A stretch of 64,000 bases of DNA, taken from positions 10,637-74,636 of IMG/VR virus record IMGVR_UViG_2513237360_000007; one strand, 5' to 3'. The position numbers and the translations under genes are program-made. This document shows, in pieces, positions 39,970 through 50,992 of this stretch (position 1 is the stretch's first letter; each line of letters opens with the position of its first letter). Source of the DNA: a virus. Its lineage: Duplodnaviria; Caudoviricetes. The notes below the pieces were generated by a model that worked only from the letters and a program-made list of their open reading frames with translations, did no database searches and was not told the DNA's origin.

Positions 39970-42900
39970 ACATTCGAATTAGTTGGGGAAAAAATAAATG
40001 GAATCAAGGCCGCCGTCACATCATCATCATCTCTAAAAAACATAACAAATGAACTCTTAGAGCTGACAAAAGATATGACTGTCCAGAAAACAATGGAATA
40101 TTTGTCTTATGCCCAAGTCAATAAGCAACTGGCCGCCAGGATACTATATTCTAAGGGATTACGGGCAGAACAGCTCAAGGAAGCCATGTCTACCTATCAA
40201 ATAGCTACAGCAACAGGAATACTTGGTACAGCACAAAAAGTAACGTCTGCTACAACAGTACTGTTTTCCAGAACAATTGTCCAATCCAAATTCCTGCTCC
40301 AAGGTTTATGGGCTACCCTAATGGCCAACCCGTTAATCCTAGTTGTCGGCTTAATATCAGCAGTTACTCTGGGAGTTACAAAATGGAAACAGGCTCAAGA
40401 AGAATTACGCCAGACTACAGCGGATGCAGCAGCCGAACTAGAAAACTCATCAAAAGAAATTGGCACTTATGCGGATAGATATAAGGAACTTCATACAGCT
40501 CTTCATGATGCAAAAGATAGTGAAGAAGAAACATACAAAATTAAGAGTGATCTATTAGCACTTCAAAAAGAATTAAACGAGAAATACGGTGATGAGTATG
40601 GGAAAATCAATCTCGTCACTGATGCTTATAGAGATCAGACGGAGGCTATTCTAGCTTACAAGCGTGCTGCCAGCGAGAAATATTTAAATGAGAATCGCTT
40701 AGGTATTAATGATGCCAAGCAAAAAATGACTGAAATCAATACCTTCCAATTGGCAGATATGATTTCATCAAAATCCAGTTCTGGAATATCCATTAAAAAT
40801 CTAGCCAAAAAGCATGGTATAAAAATCGCGGAAAATGAAGAGTATGGATTGTTTAGTCTATACATTAAAGCAGACGCTACTCAAGCCAAAGAAACAACAA
40901 ATAGTTTCATGACTGACTTGAGCAAGATGCAAGGCAGATTTAATGATAGTGCCGTAGAAAATGTACTGGATTCTTCCAGCCGGGTCATGAAGAACCTTCA
41001 GGATGATTTCTTCAATCTGTATGGAGACCAATTCCAAGAAGCACTATTGGCTGAAGTCCAAACGGACTATGGACGGGCTGATAATGTCCTCTCTCAAGGA
41101 TATAGTGATGCCACTGCCGCGGTAAATGAATACAATGAAGCATTACTAAAAAGTTCTAATCCGTATGATGACAAAGCCGTTACTGAAGCGTATGAAAACT
41201 TGCAGATCATCCGAGCTTCTATAGAAGAAAATTCCAGTGCATGGGATGGATACGAGTCTGTTATTAGTGATGTATTTAGTGCTGCTGATACAAGACTTAT
41301 CGATTTCAATAATCTCATTGGTTCCAACAAAGAGGGGATCGGGGATTTAGTTTCTGAAATCAAGGATTTGAATTTGTCGGATGTGGACTTACAAGCTATG
41401 TCGGATAATGGAGCAAATGGTGATATCTTTGATCGGTTATCCGCAAAAGCAAAACGGTATCAAGTTAATGTTGGAGAGCTGATATCATTATTAGTTCAAC
41501 TTGGTGTTGTACAGAGTACAGTATCCAAGCAGGAAATTGTTAAGCCCCAAACCAAAGCCGAAGCAATCAGTGCCGTAAACGCTCTTACTGATGGTTTTGA
41601 AGAATTGGATAAGATTTACAAAAGCCTCAAGGGAAAAGATCCGTTTGACTTTTCATTGCTTGATAATAAAAATTTCAAGGATACATTTGGCGGACTCGGC
41701 AAAAGCTACACGGACTTCGTAGAACAAATAGCAAGTTCTCCTAAAGATATTGCTGCTTGTCAAAGTGCTTTTAATGACTTGATCACCACATGGCTTGAAA
41801 GCACCCACATCTTAGATGATGTTAATGAAGATACTGCGGGCGTAACCGTGGCAATGCTTAAAATTATGGGTGTTGCAAATGCCGAAGAATTGGTAATGAG
41901 CCATCTCGCCGATGCTCATGAATACGCAGCGCTTGAGAAGAAATTCAATGCTGAGATGTCAGCTAATCTTGAGGGAGCCACTGCCAGCGAGATTAATAAA
42001 ATTTTTGATGAAGCAGATGTTGTTGACGAGGCAAAACAAGCGATGGCTGGATTTGCTCTGCAAAAAGAAATTGCCAATGGAATATCCCTTGATACCTCTG
42101 CAGACATTGAAAACTTACTTGCACTCGTTGGAATAATCGGTTCTGCTAATACTGCATTAAAAGCCTTAAATACATTACGACAAGGCGGCGATGTTGGCGG
42201 AAATATTGGCGGTAAGGAAGGCTATGACTATCTTGTTCGACAGGCACAGCTTGAAATTGAAGAAGCTTTAAAGAAGGCTGCCGAATATAAAGGAAAAGGC
42301 AAGGTCAATTACATTGGTGGTAATGAATCCAACAAAAGTGGCTCAAAAGGGAGTAAGCCTAAAAAGCCAACAGAATTTGATGCAGCTGCGGAATCAGTTA
42401 AAAATCTAAAAGCCCAAATTGACTCCTTAAATGGCGTACTTGAAAATACGAAGCCTTATGATCAGCAGCTAAGAATTCTTAATCTCATTGTTGAAAAACA
42501 GAAGGAATACTTTGATGCGTTAAAAAAGCAGGATGAATTTTACAATGGAGCATACCAGCAGTCCCTCTCTTCTCTACCTCAAGAATGGCAAGATAGGATT
42601 ACCGGCGATGATAACTTTTCCATTGATGAGGTTCCTGAATCCATAAAAGATGCTGTCACAGAAGCTCAGGGATTGAAAGATAAATGGGTTGCTGTAAAAC
42701 AAGAGATCCAAAAAGCAAACGGTGAATTGGATACGACCAAGCAAAAGACGCATGATTTAGCTCAAACAAAGTTAGATAATGAAATTGGTCTTCTTGAGAA
42801 TAAAATAACTGATATCCAAAATAAAATGGACGAAGCTGAAGCCATGGGCTTGCAATCCACCAAAAAGCAGTATAAGAACTTAATCAGTCTTTCAAAACAG

Positions 42901-44817
42901 GCTGCTTCCTACCAACAGAATAAGCTTCAAGGATATATGGCAAATCTAATCGCCATGGAGGTTGCCGGAGAAACAAACACCGACCAGTATTACGAAACCG
43001 CTGAAGCAATCCAGAATTGCGAAAATGCAATATCCCAATGTGCTCAGAATCAAGCCAAATGGAATAAGGCTATGTTGGAACTTCCCATTCAATATTTAGA
43101 GAAGGCCAATGATGAGCTCAATGACCAGCTGGAGGAGTTACAGGACAAGCAGAACGATTATGACAGTGCTATAAATGGTGTCACCAGCCATTTGCAAGAA
43201 CAAATTGACGCCCAGCAAAAACTAAGGGATGAAGCAGAAAAAACATCGCAGGCTCAGATCGATGCTATTCAGGAACAAATTGATGGCCTCCAGGAATCAA
43301 ACGATAAGCGTAAGCAACAGCTAGAATTAGAGCAAAAGCAATATGATCTTGAACGGGCTAAGAATCAAAAGACAACTAAAGTCTTCCGTGAAGAAGCTGG
43401 CGGCTTTATATATGAAGCTGATCAAAGCGCTATTCGTGATGCCCAAGATGCTTATGATGATGCTCTCTTGAACAAGCAATTGTCTGATCTGGAAGACAAG
43501 ATTAAGGACATTGAGGATTCACGCGATGCATTGTTAGATTCTTATGATAATGAAATTGACCGGCTTCAAACAATTATGGATTCATGGAATGATATTACTG
43601 ATGCAATCCAACGAGCTAAAGATATGGCTATGGCTAATTCTATCTTCGGCGCTGGATGGCAAGATCGTGTTACCAGTGGCGATACAAGTGATTTAGAAGA
43701 CATAACCGGCAAGTATGATAAAAATGATCGTGATCGCTCTTGGGTGGAAGAACAAATTGAAGCCAATGAACGGCTTATCCGTGAAGTTGAACGATATGTA
43801 TCAGCTTGGCAGATGGGAGAAATCAGCATCCGGGAGGCCCGGGAATCTATTAATGATATTGTAGGAGATATTGCTCCTGAAATTGAGGCAAACGATGAGC
43901 GTGTCAATAGTATTTCAACTTACCAGGATCAATGGACCAATGCTAATGATAGGGTAAGCGAAAACATTAGCGCCCTCAATGATACAACTGCTAATAACAG
44001 TGCCGAGGTAAATGCAACAAACCAACGGCGTGATGCTGCATTACAGTATGCTGATCAATGGGCCAATAATGTTCTTTCCGTTGGAAGTTCGCTATCTAAC
44101 ATTACTGAAGCCAACGCCGCTGCCACAAATGCTGAAGGTTTATTTCTTGATGCCAGAATAAGCAAATTAAGTCTTTTCAAAGATGTTTATGCCGAAATGG
44201 CTTCTGTAATTGGAGACAAATGCAAAAGCATTGTTGATGCATGCAAAGAAGCAGAACGAGCATTACGTAGTTTGGATAAAGCAGAGAATGGTGGTGGATC
44301 CTCAAGCGGTGGTCATTGGGACTCTTCCGGTGCGTCCGGGGGCCCAGGCGTATACGCTGATGGAATATTAAATGGGCGTCTTGGTGGACGTAGCGAATCT
44401 GAAAAAGAAAAGATGCTTAAGTATCTGACTACACATGATCTTAAAAATGGAGAAATTCCTATTATTGGTCATGAAAATGAAGTCGTCTTGAACCCTGATC
44501 AGCAGGAACAGGCCATTCAGAATACGGAGAAATTGGCTGACGTTTCAGGTGCCCAACTCATATTTGACGCCGATAACATTTCCTCATTCTCAGGAATGCT
44601 TAGCAATAATGCTATGTTTACTAAAGGAAATATCTTCAAAGGTATCTCAACTCTCCCACCGAATGTCTCCAACAGTAATGTAAGACACGGGGATATAAAG
44701 GTTGAGATAGCTAATGTGACATTGCCACGTGTAAAAGATAGTGATAGCTTCCTAAAATCCATGACTGATGGCAGCATGCAATCTGCTATTCAACAACAAC
44801 TTTATAAACGAAGATAG
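39970..44817 (+). CDS. Tape measure protein, exon 2 (1615 aa)
   Basis: Long coiled-coil TMP C-half; no SD before the track ATG at 39925; in frame with exon 1 after splicing. Confidence 0.88.
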   Translation, partial: TFELVGEKINGIKAAVTSSSSLKNITNELLELTKDMTVQKTMEYLSYAQVNKQLAARILYSKGLRAEQLKEAMSTYQIATATGILGTAQKVTSATTVLFSRTIVQSKFLLQGLWATLMANPLILVVGLISAVTLGVTKWKQAQEELRQTTADAAAELENSSKEIGTYADRYKELHTALHDAKDSEEETYKIKSDLLALQKELNEKYGDEYGKINLVTDAYRDQTEAILAYKRAASEKYLNENRLGINDAKQKMTEINTFQLADMISSKSSSGISIKNLAKKHGIKIAENEEYGLFSLYIKADATQAKETTNSFMTDLSKMQGRFNDSAVENVLDSSSRVMKNLQDDFFNLYGDQFQEALLAEVQTDYGRADNVLSQGYSDATAAVNEYNEALLKSSNPYDDKAVTEAYENLQIIRASIEENSSAWDGYESVISDVFSAADTRLIDFNNLIGSNKEGIGDLVSEIKDLNLSDVDLQAMSDNGANGDIFDRLSAKAKRYQVNVGELISLLVQLGVVQSTVSKQEIVKPQTKAEAISAVNALTDGFEELDKIYKSLKGKDPFDFSLLDNKNFKDTFGGLGKSYTDFVEQIASSPKDIAACQSAFNDLITTWLESTHILDDVNEDTAGVTVAMLKIMGVANAEELVMSHLADAHEYAALEKKFNAEMSANLEGATASEINKIFDEADVVDEAKQAMAGFALQKEIANGISLDTSADIENLLALVGIIGSANTALKALNTLRQGGDVGGNIGGKEGYDYLVRQAQLEIEEALKKAAEYKGKGKVNYIGGNESNKSGSKGSKPKKPTEFDAAAESVKNLKAQIDSLNGVLENTKPYDQQLRILNLIVEKQKEYFDALKKQDEFYNGAYQQSLSSLPQEWQDRITGDDNFSIDEVPESIKDAVTEAQGLKDKWVAVKQEIQKANGELDTTKQKTHDLAQTKLDNEIGLLENKITDIQNKMDEAEAMGLQSTKKQYKNLISLSKQAASYQQNKLQGYMANLIAMEVAGETNTDQYYETAEAIQNCENAISQCAQNQAKWNKAMLELPIQYLEKANDELNDQLEELQDKQNDYDSAINGVTSHLQEQIDAQQKLRDEAEKTSQAQIDAIQEQIDGLQESNDKRKQQLELEQKQYDLERAKNQKTTKVFREEAGGFIYEADQSAIRDAQDAYDDALLNKQLSDLEDKIKDIEDSRDALLDSYDNEIDRLQTIMDSWNDITDAIQRAKDMAMANSIFGAGWQDRVTSGDTSDLEDITGKYDKNDRDRSWVEEQIEANERLIREVERYVSAWQMGEISIREARESINDIVGDIAPEIEANDERVNSISTYQDQWTNANDRVSENISALNDTTANNSAEVNATNQRRDAALQYADQWANNVLSVGSSLSNITEANAAATNAEGLFLDARISKLSLFKDVYAEMASVIGDKCKSIVDACKEAERALRSLDKAENGGGSSSGGHWDSSGASGGPGVYADGILNGRLGGRSESEKEKMLKYLTTHDLKNGEIPIIGHENEVVLNPDQQEQAIQNTEKLADVSGAQLIFDADNISSFSGMLSNNAMFTKGNIFKGISTLPPNVSNSNVRHGDIKVEIANVTLPRVKDSDSFLKSMTDGSMQSAIQQQLYKRR

Positions 44818-44864
44818 GCTCCGGGAGTCCACTTGTCTGGGCTCCCACTCTATTTGGAGGAGAT

Positions 44865-45116
44865 ATGACAAACAATAATCTATCAAAGGACTTTATAGCT
44901 CTGCTAACAGAACTATTTGAAGGTCTTATAAAGAAAGCAAAGTTCCCCGTTGTTGTATCCTGTAAAATCATTTCCAAGACCGGGGATAACAAATACCTGG
45001 TCAAACGTAATGGAAATACTCATCTCGTTAGAGGACGGGGCACTTACCCTCCTGACAGCATTGTAGAGGTAATGCTTCCCGATGGAGAATGGAACCGTGC
45101 CTTTATTGTATATTAA
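44865..45116 (+). CDS. Small OB-fold-like tail-tip protein
   Basis: GGAGG SD; VEVMLPDGEWN motif; follows TMP. Confidence 0.6.
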   Translation: MTNNNLSKDFIALLTELFEGLIKKAKFPVVVSCKIISKTGDNKYLVKRNGNTHLVRGRGTYPPDSIVEVMLPDGEWNRAFIVY

Positions 45117-45130
45117 AAGGAGGCTCAAAT

Positions 45131-46234
45131 ATGATTGGTGTTCCTGTTCTTTATGATGATACGCGTATCTCTAAAGACGCATTCAACGATTTTAAAATTA
45201 CATATAAGTGGGACGGCAATAACCCGCAGCAGACAGGAAATGTAGTAACCATTTATAATAATGAAACAAATTCCGTTGTGTATACTGCAACTACTCCAAA
45301 TTATTATAGAACGGAATGCATCATTCCTGCTAACACGCTGGTTAACGGCGTATTGTATAAGGCGACTATCTGTGTTATATCTAGTGAAGGTACCTCGGCA
45401 CCGAGTGAAGCACTGCTATTCTACTGCTACACTACCCCTACTTTAGCTTTTACAAATCTTGCACAGGATCAGTTAATTGAAAGTGATAGTTTCAGGGTGG
45501 AAATCTCATATTTCCAGCCTGAAAATGAGGAGCTTGAAGACTACTATATCACACTTTATTCAAATGACAACCGGGTACTGTACACTTCTTCAATTCGTTA
45601 TGATACAGAAAACATGAGTTTAGTTGTTCCTGGCTTAGAGAACAATACTCAATATTATATAAAGGCCTTTGGAAAAACCATCACCGGGATGGACATCGAA
45701 ACAACCTTAATACACATAACTGTGCGTTACCTACAACCCACGCTATATAGCCTTATTGAATTAAGTAATAATTACCGCGGTGGATATACCACTATCAAGT
45801 CAAATATTGTTTCATTAAGAGGGCGAGTATATAGAGATGGAGTTGAAATAGATCCAAACTATATTAACGGAGAATATGTTGATCTTAGCAACCAATCAGA
45901 TGTACTGAAATTTGCAGATAGTTTTATTATCCCAAATAATTTCACTCTTGAACTTAAGGGATATGGGTTTATCCGTAATACAATCCCCCTTATCCTAACC
46001 AATGGAAAATACCACATATCCGTGTATTACCGTGCAGGATGCTATGATAGCGCAGGTGGTATTGAAAAAGCCTATTTCGAAGCCAAGGTTGAAAATGAAA
46101 TGATATATTCCATTTACAGTAATTATATAGATCTTCCCTCCTCTAATGTCCTTATTGGTTTTATGTTATCTAGAAAAGAAAACTATTATGAAATCTGTGC
46201 TTACAATTATGGAAAGGCGGTGACTAGAACATGA
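45131..46234 (+). CDS. Tail tip/baseplate protein with Fn3-like repeats
   Basis: Beta-sandwich repeats (LVNGVLY, LENNTQY); synteny. Confidence 0.65.
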   Translation: MIGVPVLYDDTRISKDAFNDFKITYKWDGNNPQQTGNVVTIYNNETNSVVYTATTPNYYRTECIIPANTLVNGVLYKATICVISSEGTSAPSEALLFYCYTTPTLAFTNLAQDQLIESDSFRVEISYFQPENEELEDYYITLYSNDNRVLYTSSIRYDTENMSLVVPGLENNTQYYIKAFGKTITGMDIETTLIHITVRYLQPTLYSLIELSNNYRGGYTTIKSNIVSLRGRVYRDGVEIDPNYINGEYVDLSNQSDVLKFADSFIIPNNFTLELKGYGFIRNTIPLILTNGKYHISVYYRAGCYDSAGGIEKAYFEAKVENEMIYSIYSNYIDLPSSNVLIGFMLSRKENYYEICAYNYGKAVTRT

Positions 46235-47154
46235 TCATTCTAGGCAGCACAGCCTGCGGAGACAAAAACTCAATGATGTCTACCCCTACAACAGTAAATA
46301 ATATAAATGATATTCGTATGCAAAACGGGGTGTTTGATGAACTCTTTATAACCACACAGGTATACACTACTTGGGATGGAACAATACCACAAGATTGGGA
46401 TTTTGATACGAAAATGCATGCTTTATTCCAGAAAAGCCTTTTTGGTGGTAACGTTGACTTTACCTCCGAAACCGTATCTTCAATTCTGGTAAAAAAGCGG
46501 CGTGTCGGCGAACTAGCATGGAAAACGTTTTTTGAAATACCGATAAATTCAAACCAAGACTTCAACTTTATCAGAAACGATTATTATAACCGATCTGGAT
46601 GCGAATATCAGTATTGTCTCATTCCTACCCTAAATGGAGTTGAAGGGAACTACTCTTCTAACCATAACATGAGTACAATCCTTTCAAAATTTGATGGTAT
46701 ATTTTTGGTTGAAAAAGAGGTGGCATACCATACAATAATTGATATATCAATTCAGGAAGAACGCATTTTCACATCCAGTAAGCTCGAACCGAAAGGCAGG
46801 AAAAAGCCCCTTGTCATTTACAATGGAGACACTAATTATCGCGAGTTCAATATCGATGCCTCCTTCGTATATATGAAAGAAGATGCCTGTACGTTTGATA
46901 TTGAAAACAGCAGAGAATATCGGGAAAAGGTTGACAACTTTCTTTCTAATAAAAAACCCAAAATCTTTAAAGCTTTTGATGGGCGGATGGCGCTGGTATG
47001 TATTGTTGATTCCATTTCACATTCTGAAAATGGCCACCCACTAAATATAACAACAAGTCTCACGGCCGCCGAAACTGGAGATTGCGAATCCATAAACGAC
47101 TTATATGACAATAACTTTATTGATTGTGATAGAGATGTCAGCCGCAGCATCTAG
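46231..47154 (+). CDS. Distal tail (Dit-like) protein
   Basis: Synteny; FLSNKKPKIFK.FDG motif. Confidence 0.55.
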   Translation: MIILGSTACGDKNSMMSTPTTVNNINDIRMQNGVFDELFITTQVYTTWDGTIPQDWDFDTKMHALFQKSLFGGNVDFTSETVSSILVKKRRVGELAWKTFFEIPINSNQDFNFIRNDYYNRSGCEYQYCLIPTLNGVEGNYSSNHNMSTILSKFDGIFLVEKEVAYHTIIDISIQEERIFTSSKLEPKGRKKPLVIYNGDTNYREFNIDASFVYMKEDACTFDIENSREYREKVDNFLSNKKPKIFKAFDGRMALVCIVDSISHSENGHPLNITTSLTAAETGDCESINDLYDNNFIDCDRDVSRSI

Positions 47155-47169
47155 GAAGCAGGTGATAAT

Positions 47170-48588
47170 ATGACAGATATTACGCAAGCTCAACGGGACA
47201 TTATTTATCAATCTGATTGGGTACTTCATTCAAAGGTTGAAATTCTGAATCGGAATTTTAAAATCATCAATTATGTAGAAGGTAACCTATTAGATGACAA
47301 ATATTCCATTGATGCTGATTCTGATATGAGAAGAACATATGACTGCTCTCTCGCTGTCACCGATGCGTCCTTTATCCTTGATCAAAATAGTTGGGTCTGG
47401 CTGGATAATTATGTGCGACCATATGTTGGTATTGAGCATCTACGTAGCGGAGAAATCATATGGAATCTTATGGGGACTTACGTGCCTACCAATGTATCAT
47501 ATGATGATGCTGAATCCTATTCACTAAGCTTGGAATGTGGTGATCTCATTGCTACTATTAACGGCGACCGTGGTGGTCACCTCGAGGGGCTGTCTACAAA
47601 AATCGAGGCGGGAACGGACGCTTACAAGGCCCTTGTTGGTACACTCAAGGAAATCGGAATATCAAAATACATAATTGAGGATGTTGATTTTGAGATCCCT
47701 TATGATTTGGAATTTAATGCAAATGTTACTGCTTATGAAATCCTTGATGAAATAAGGAACCTATATTCTGGATATGAAATGGGGTTTGACATTTATGGAA
47801 CATTTTTCTTTCGGAAGATTCCTCAAAGGTTTGAAGATAATATAACACTTGATTACACTCAGCTACGCCCTCTTGTTATTAATGAGGGACGCTCAACCTC
47901 TTTAACTGGAATATACAATCATATCCAAGTGTGGGGACAGATAATTGAAACTGACCGATACGTGAATGCTTCTGCCCTCTCTGGTGATACTTACAACATT
48001 TCTTTGGATGGCATAGCTTCACTTTCGGACTTGGATAACTTTGAAAAGATAGCCTTCAAGATAAATACAACCAACCCAGCAAACGCTGCAATATCCATAA
48101 ATGGGTTAGAAAAACTGCTTATTGTTGATGATTCCGGCAACCCTCTTCCCGCTCAAACTCTTCCAACTGGGACAGATGGTGTATTCAAATATCGCCGTAA
48201 AGACAAAAGCATGTATTACCTTGGTCAGTACCAGGTATTCGGTGAAGCATATGATGAAAATCCTGACAGCCCTTTTAGAATTGATGCATTAGGCAAAGAG
48301 TTACTGCTTGTCTGCGAAGGTAGCGATTTTGACAATATATACAGTAATGACTTAGCTAATCAACGGGCCAGATATGAAATATATAACCATACAGTCCTCA
48401 GCACATCTCTAGATCTAAATCTGGTATCTATTCCTTGGCTGGATGTCAACCAAAAAATATCCTATATCTCCCAAAATGAGTTAGAGGAAAAACAATATAT
48501 TGTTAAGTCTATATCCGGCAGCACAACCGATGCGGAGATGTCTATTAGCTGTATCTCTTTCTACCCAACTTACAAATACAACATTTGA
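47170..48588 (+). CDS. Baseplate hub/Tal-like tail protein
   Basis: IDADSDMRRT, YEMGFDIYGTF, ARYEI motifs; synteny. Confidence 0.6.
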   Translation: MTDITQAQRDIIYQSDWVLHSKVEILNRNFKIINYVEGNLLDDKYSIDADSDMRRTYDCSLAVTDASFILDQNSWVWLDNYVRPYVGIEHLRSGEIIWNLMGTYVPTNVSYDDAESYSLSLECGDLIATINGDRGGHLEGLSTKIEAGTDAYKALVGTLKEIGISKYIIEDVDFEIPYDLEFNANVTAYEILDEIRNLYSGYEMGFDIYGTFFFRKIPQRFEDNITLDYTQLRPLVINEGRSTSLTGIYNHIQVWGQIIETDRYVNASALSGDTYNISLDGIASLSDLDNFEKIAFKINTTNPANAAISINGLEKLLIVDDSGNPLPAQTLPTGTDGVFKYRRKDKSMYYLGQYQVFGEAYDENPDSPFRIDALGKELLLVCEGSDFDNIYSNDLANQRARYEIYNHTVLSTSLDLNLVSIPWLDVNQKISYISQNELEEKQYIVKSISGSTTDAEMSISCISFYPTYKYNI

Positions 48589-48600
48589 AAGGAGTAATCC

Positions 48601-49683
48601 ATGTCAGTTACAAATCCTGACTTAACCGGGACAAAATTCCCGGATGAAATAGATAATTGGGACCGTTGGCTTGATCCTACACTTCAGACCATTGCTGCGA
48701 TTCAGCAATATCAGTCGCTATACAGTCAATCCAAATTTGAAGAAGCAAATATAGTTATTGAAAGTAATCCCTCATTAAAACGTATAATTGTAAATGCCGA
48801 GAGCATGAACAAATTGTATGATGCCATTATAGCAATGGAAAGATTCTATTTCAGTGATTTTCAAGCATATCTTCAAAATATTGTTCAATATTCTGGAGAA
48901 TATGTTCCAACAAAAAAATATCCTAAATACTCAGTAGTAACGTATATAGTCCACAATGCTCAACAGGCTTACCTCTGCATTGTTCCGGACTGTCCGATAG
49001 GTACCTTACCTACTGACTTATCCTGCTGGATCCCATGGACAGCTCGGGGTGAAAAGGGAGAATCAGGAACTGGCCTCTCTCCACGCGGTACATGGAATCT
49101 ATATGTGGACTACTATAAAGATGATATGGTGAGTTGGAATAACAAACTGTGGGCAGCCTTAGTAAACAATACTGGAAAGGAACCCAGTACTGCAAACGCA
49201 GGTACCTGGCTACCTGTAATGGAATTCAGTTCTGAGAAATTTTGTTTGATTGATGATACTACAAATACCAGATATAACTTAGGGATAAAGAACGGACTTC
49301 CTTGGTATCGAATTGAAGGGGATGGTTCTGAAAATGGAAAGATATCCATTGCAAAAAGCGATGATATAGTACGCCTTGATGATAAGGTTGAAAAATATAG
49401 CGGCTTTCAATTAGCAGAAAACATTGTAATTAAGCAATCAGATTGGACAGCCTTAACAGATATTCAAGATTATGGTTTCTCTTATACATATGAAAACTCT
49501 TCTATCATGGCGGATGATGGCGTAAGCGTGAATTTTGATAATACAAGCATGCTCAATGCTTCCAAAGCTTTTATTATTGTCAAAGAAGATAATCTAGCTG
49601 GCAGCCTTACTCTCCTTGCCAGAAAACTCCCCTATACAGACTTAACAATACGAAATATTGAGGTGATAAGAAAAAATGGCTAA
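48601..49683 (+). CDS. Baseplate/tail fibre attachment protein
   Basis: TKFPDEID N-terminus; RGEKGESG collagen-like linker; short beta-repeats. Confidence 0.55.
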   Translation: MSVTNPDLTGTKFPDEIDNWDRWLDPTLQTIAAIQQYQSLYSQSKFEEANIVIESNPSLKRIIVNAESMNKLYDAIIAMERFYFSDFQAYLQNIVQYSGEYVPTKKYPKYSVVTYIVHNAQQAYLCIVPDCPIGTLPTDLSCWIPWTARGEKGESGTGLSPRGTWNLYVDYYKDDMVSWNNKLWAALVNNTGKEPSTANAGTWLPVMEFSSEKFCLIDDTTNTRYNLGIKNGLPWYRIEGDGSENGKISIAKSDDIVRLDDKVEKYSGFQLAENIVIKQSDWTALTDIQDYGFSYTYENSSIMADDGVSVNFDNTSMLNASKAFIIVKEDNLAGSLTLLARKLPYTDLTIRNIEVIRKNG

Positions 49684-50980
49684 ATACGGGAAAACGAACT
49701 GCTCCGGGGGGATTAGTGTCCTATCTGAAGACATGGATTCTACTCTCGGAGATGTAATAAAAGGGAAAAAAGCTATGACTTCAGATTCTGGAGACGAAGG
49801 TGGCATTGGTACTCTTGAGTTAACGGGAAACGCTATAGAATCTCGCGTTCTCAATGGATATAGCTTCTACTCCACGGACGCAAAGAAAAAGCTTACTGGC
49901 AATGTAGTTGTAAATAGTTTACTGTCTTTTAGCTGTGCCGCCTATTCTGGCCGGAGGGTGTTGGCCAAATGGCAGAATCCAAAGGCGGCGACTGGAAAAC
50001 CTTACAGCGGAGTGATCATCCGCTACAGCACCAGCGGATATCCTGGTAAGACCGGGGGGACGCAGATCTATAAGGGAGCCGGAAGCAGCTCTTCATCTGG
50101 AGGAAATTCTCAAGCATATCTTGATCTTCCCAATTTAAATACAACCTACTATTTGAGTATTTATCCCTATGTAACTTGTAGTACAGGGGAGATGACAGGG
50201 GATGTACTTAATGCTTCCATAAAGACATTAACAGAGATTTATGTGACTATTAAGGCAACACAAACCTATACTATACAAGGCTTCAAATATGCAGATTTCT
50301 TTTTAGTCGGAGGTGGTGGTGGTGGTCATCTCGGAGGCGGTGGTAGCGGCAGAACGACTACCAAAAAGGGGGTGTCTGTTAATACCGGTGAAGTATTAGC
50401 AATGACAGTTGGTGCTGGCGGAGCACAACAGGGAAATGGTGGGGCATCTTCTGTCTCACGCGCTGGAATAACAATAGCTTCGGCGTCAGGAGGAAACGCT
50501 GGTGGCGATAATGGTGGATCCGGCGGTTCTGGAGGCGGCGGATGTACGATTGGCGCTACTTCTCCCGGCGATGGTGGCTCTGATGGCTCTGATGGCGTAA
50601 CGCCTAAAATTTTAGGTGGCGGAAGCGGTACATCTGGAGGTACTGGCCAAAAAACAACAACAAGAGCATGGGGAGATGCATCTGGGACAGTATACTCCGG
50701 GGCTGGTGCTGGCGGTAATAGCTGGTACGACCGAGTAGATAACGAAGGAGAACGGAACTACTACTTTAGTGCCGGTGGAAAAGGCGGCGCTGGCGGTGGC
50801 GCAAACGGCGGTGGATGGACTGGACAAGGTGGACAAAACGGTTCGATTGACGCAGAAATACCTGCCCAAAATGGTGTTGCCAATACTGGAGGCGGTGGTG
50901 GTGGACGTGCTCGCGATGACGGTCTCTGGAAAGATGCAGGACGCGGCGGATCTGGTGTAATACTAATGAGGTTATATTAG
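49676..50980 (+). CDS. Glycine-rich tail fibre protein
   Basis: VGGGGGG...GGNGG glycine-rich domain; Fn3-like middle. Confidence 0.75.
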   Translation: MAKYGKTNCSGGISVLSEDMDSTLGDVIKGKKAMTSDSGDEGGIGTLELTGNAIESRVLNGYSFYSTDAKKKLTGNVVVNSLLSFSCAAYSGRRVLAKWQNPKAATGKPYSGVIIRYSTSGYPGKTGGTQIYKGAGSSSSSGGNSQAYLDLPNLNTTYYLSIYPYVTCSTGEMTGDVLNASIKTLTEIYVTIKATQTYTIQGFKYADFFLVGGGGGGHLGGGGSGRTTTKKGVSVNTGEVLAMTVGAGGAQQGNGGASSVSRAGITIASASGGNAGGDNGGSGGSGGGGCTIGATSPGDGGSDGSDGVTPKILGGGSGTSGGTGQKTTTRAWGDASGTVYSGAGAGGNSWYDRVDNEGERNYYFSAGGKGGAGGGANGGGWTGQGGQNGSIDAEIPAQNGVANTGGGGGGRARDDGLWKDAGRGGSGVILMRLY

Positions 50981-50992
50981 GAGGATGATTAA

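Noticed and set aside
39985-39990. Alternative 3' splice site after GGG (GGG^GAA)
   Set aside because: Also in frame but has no P10 complement; G39969 has a perfect 7-bp P10
50300-50960. GGC/GGT-rich repeats
   Set aside because: Explained by the glycine-rich tail fibre coding sequence
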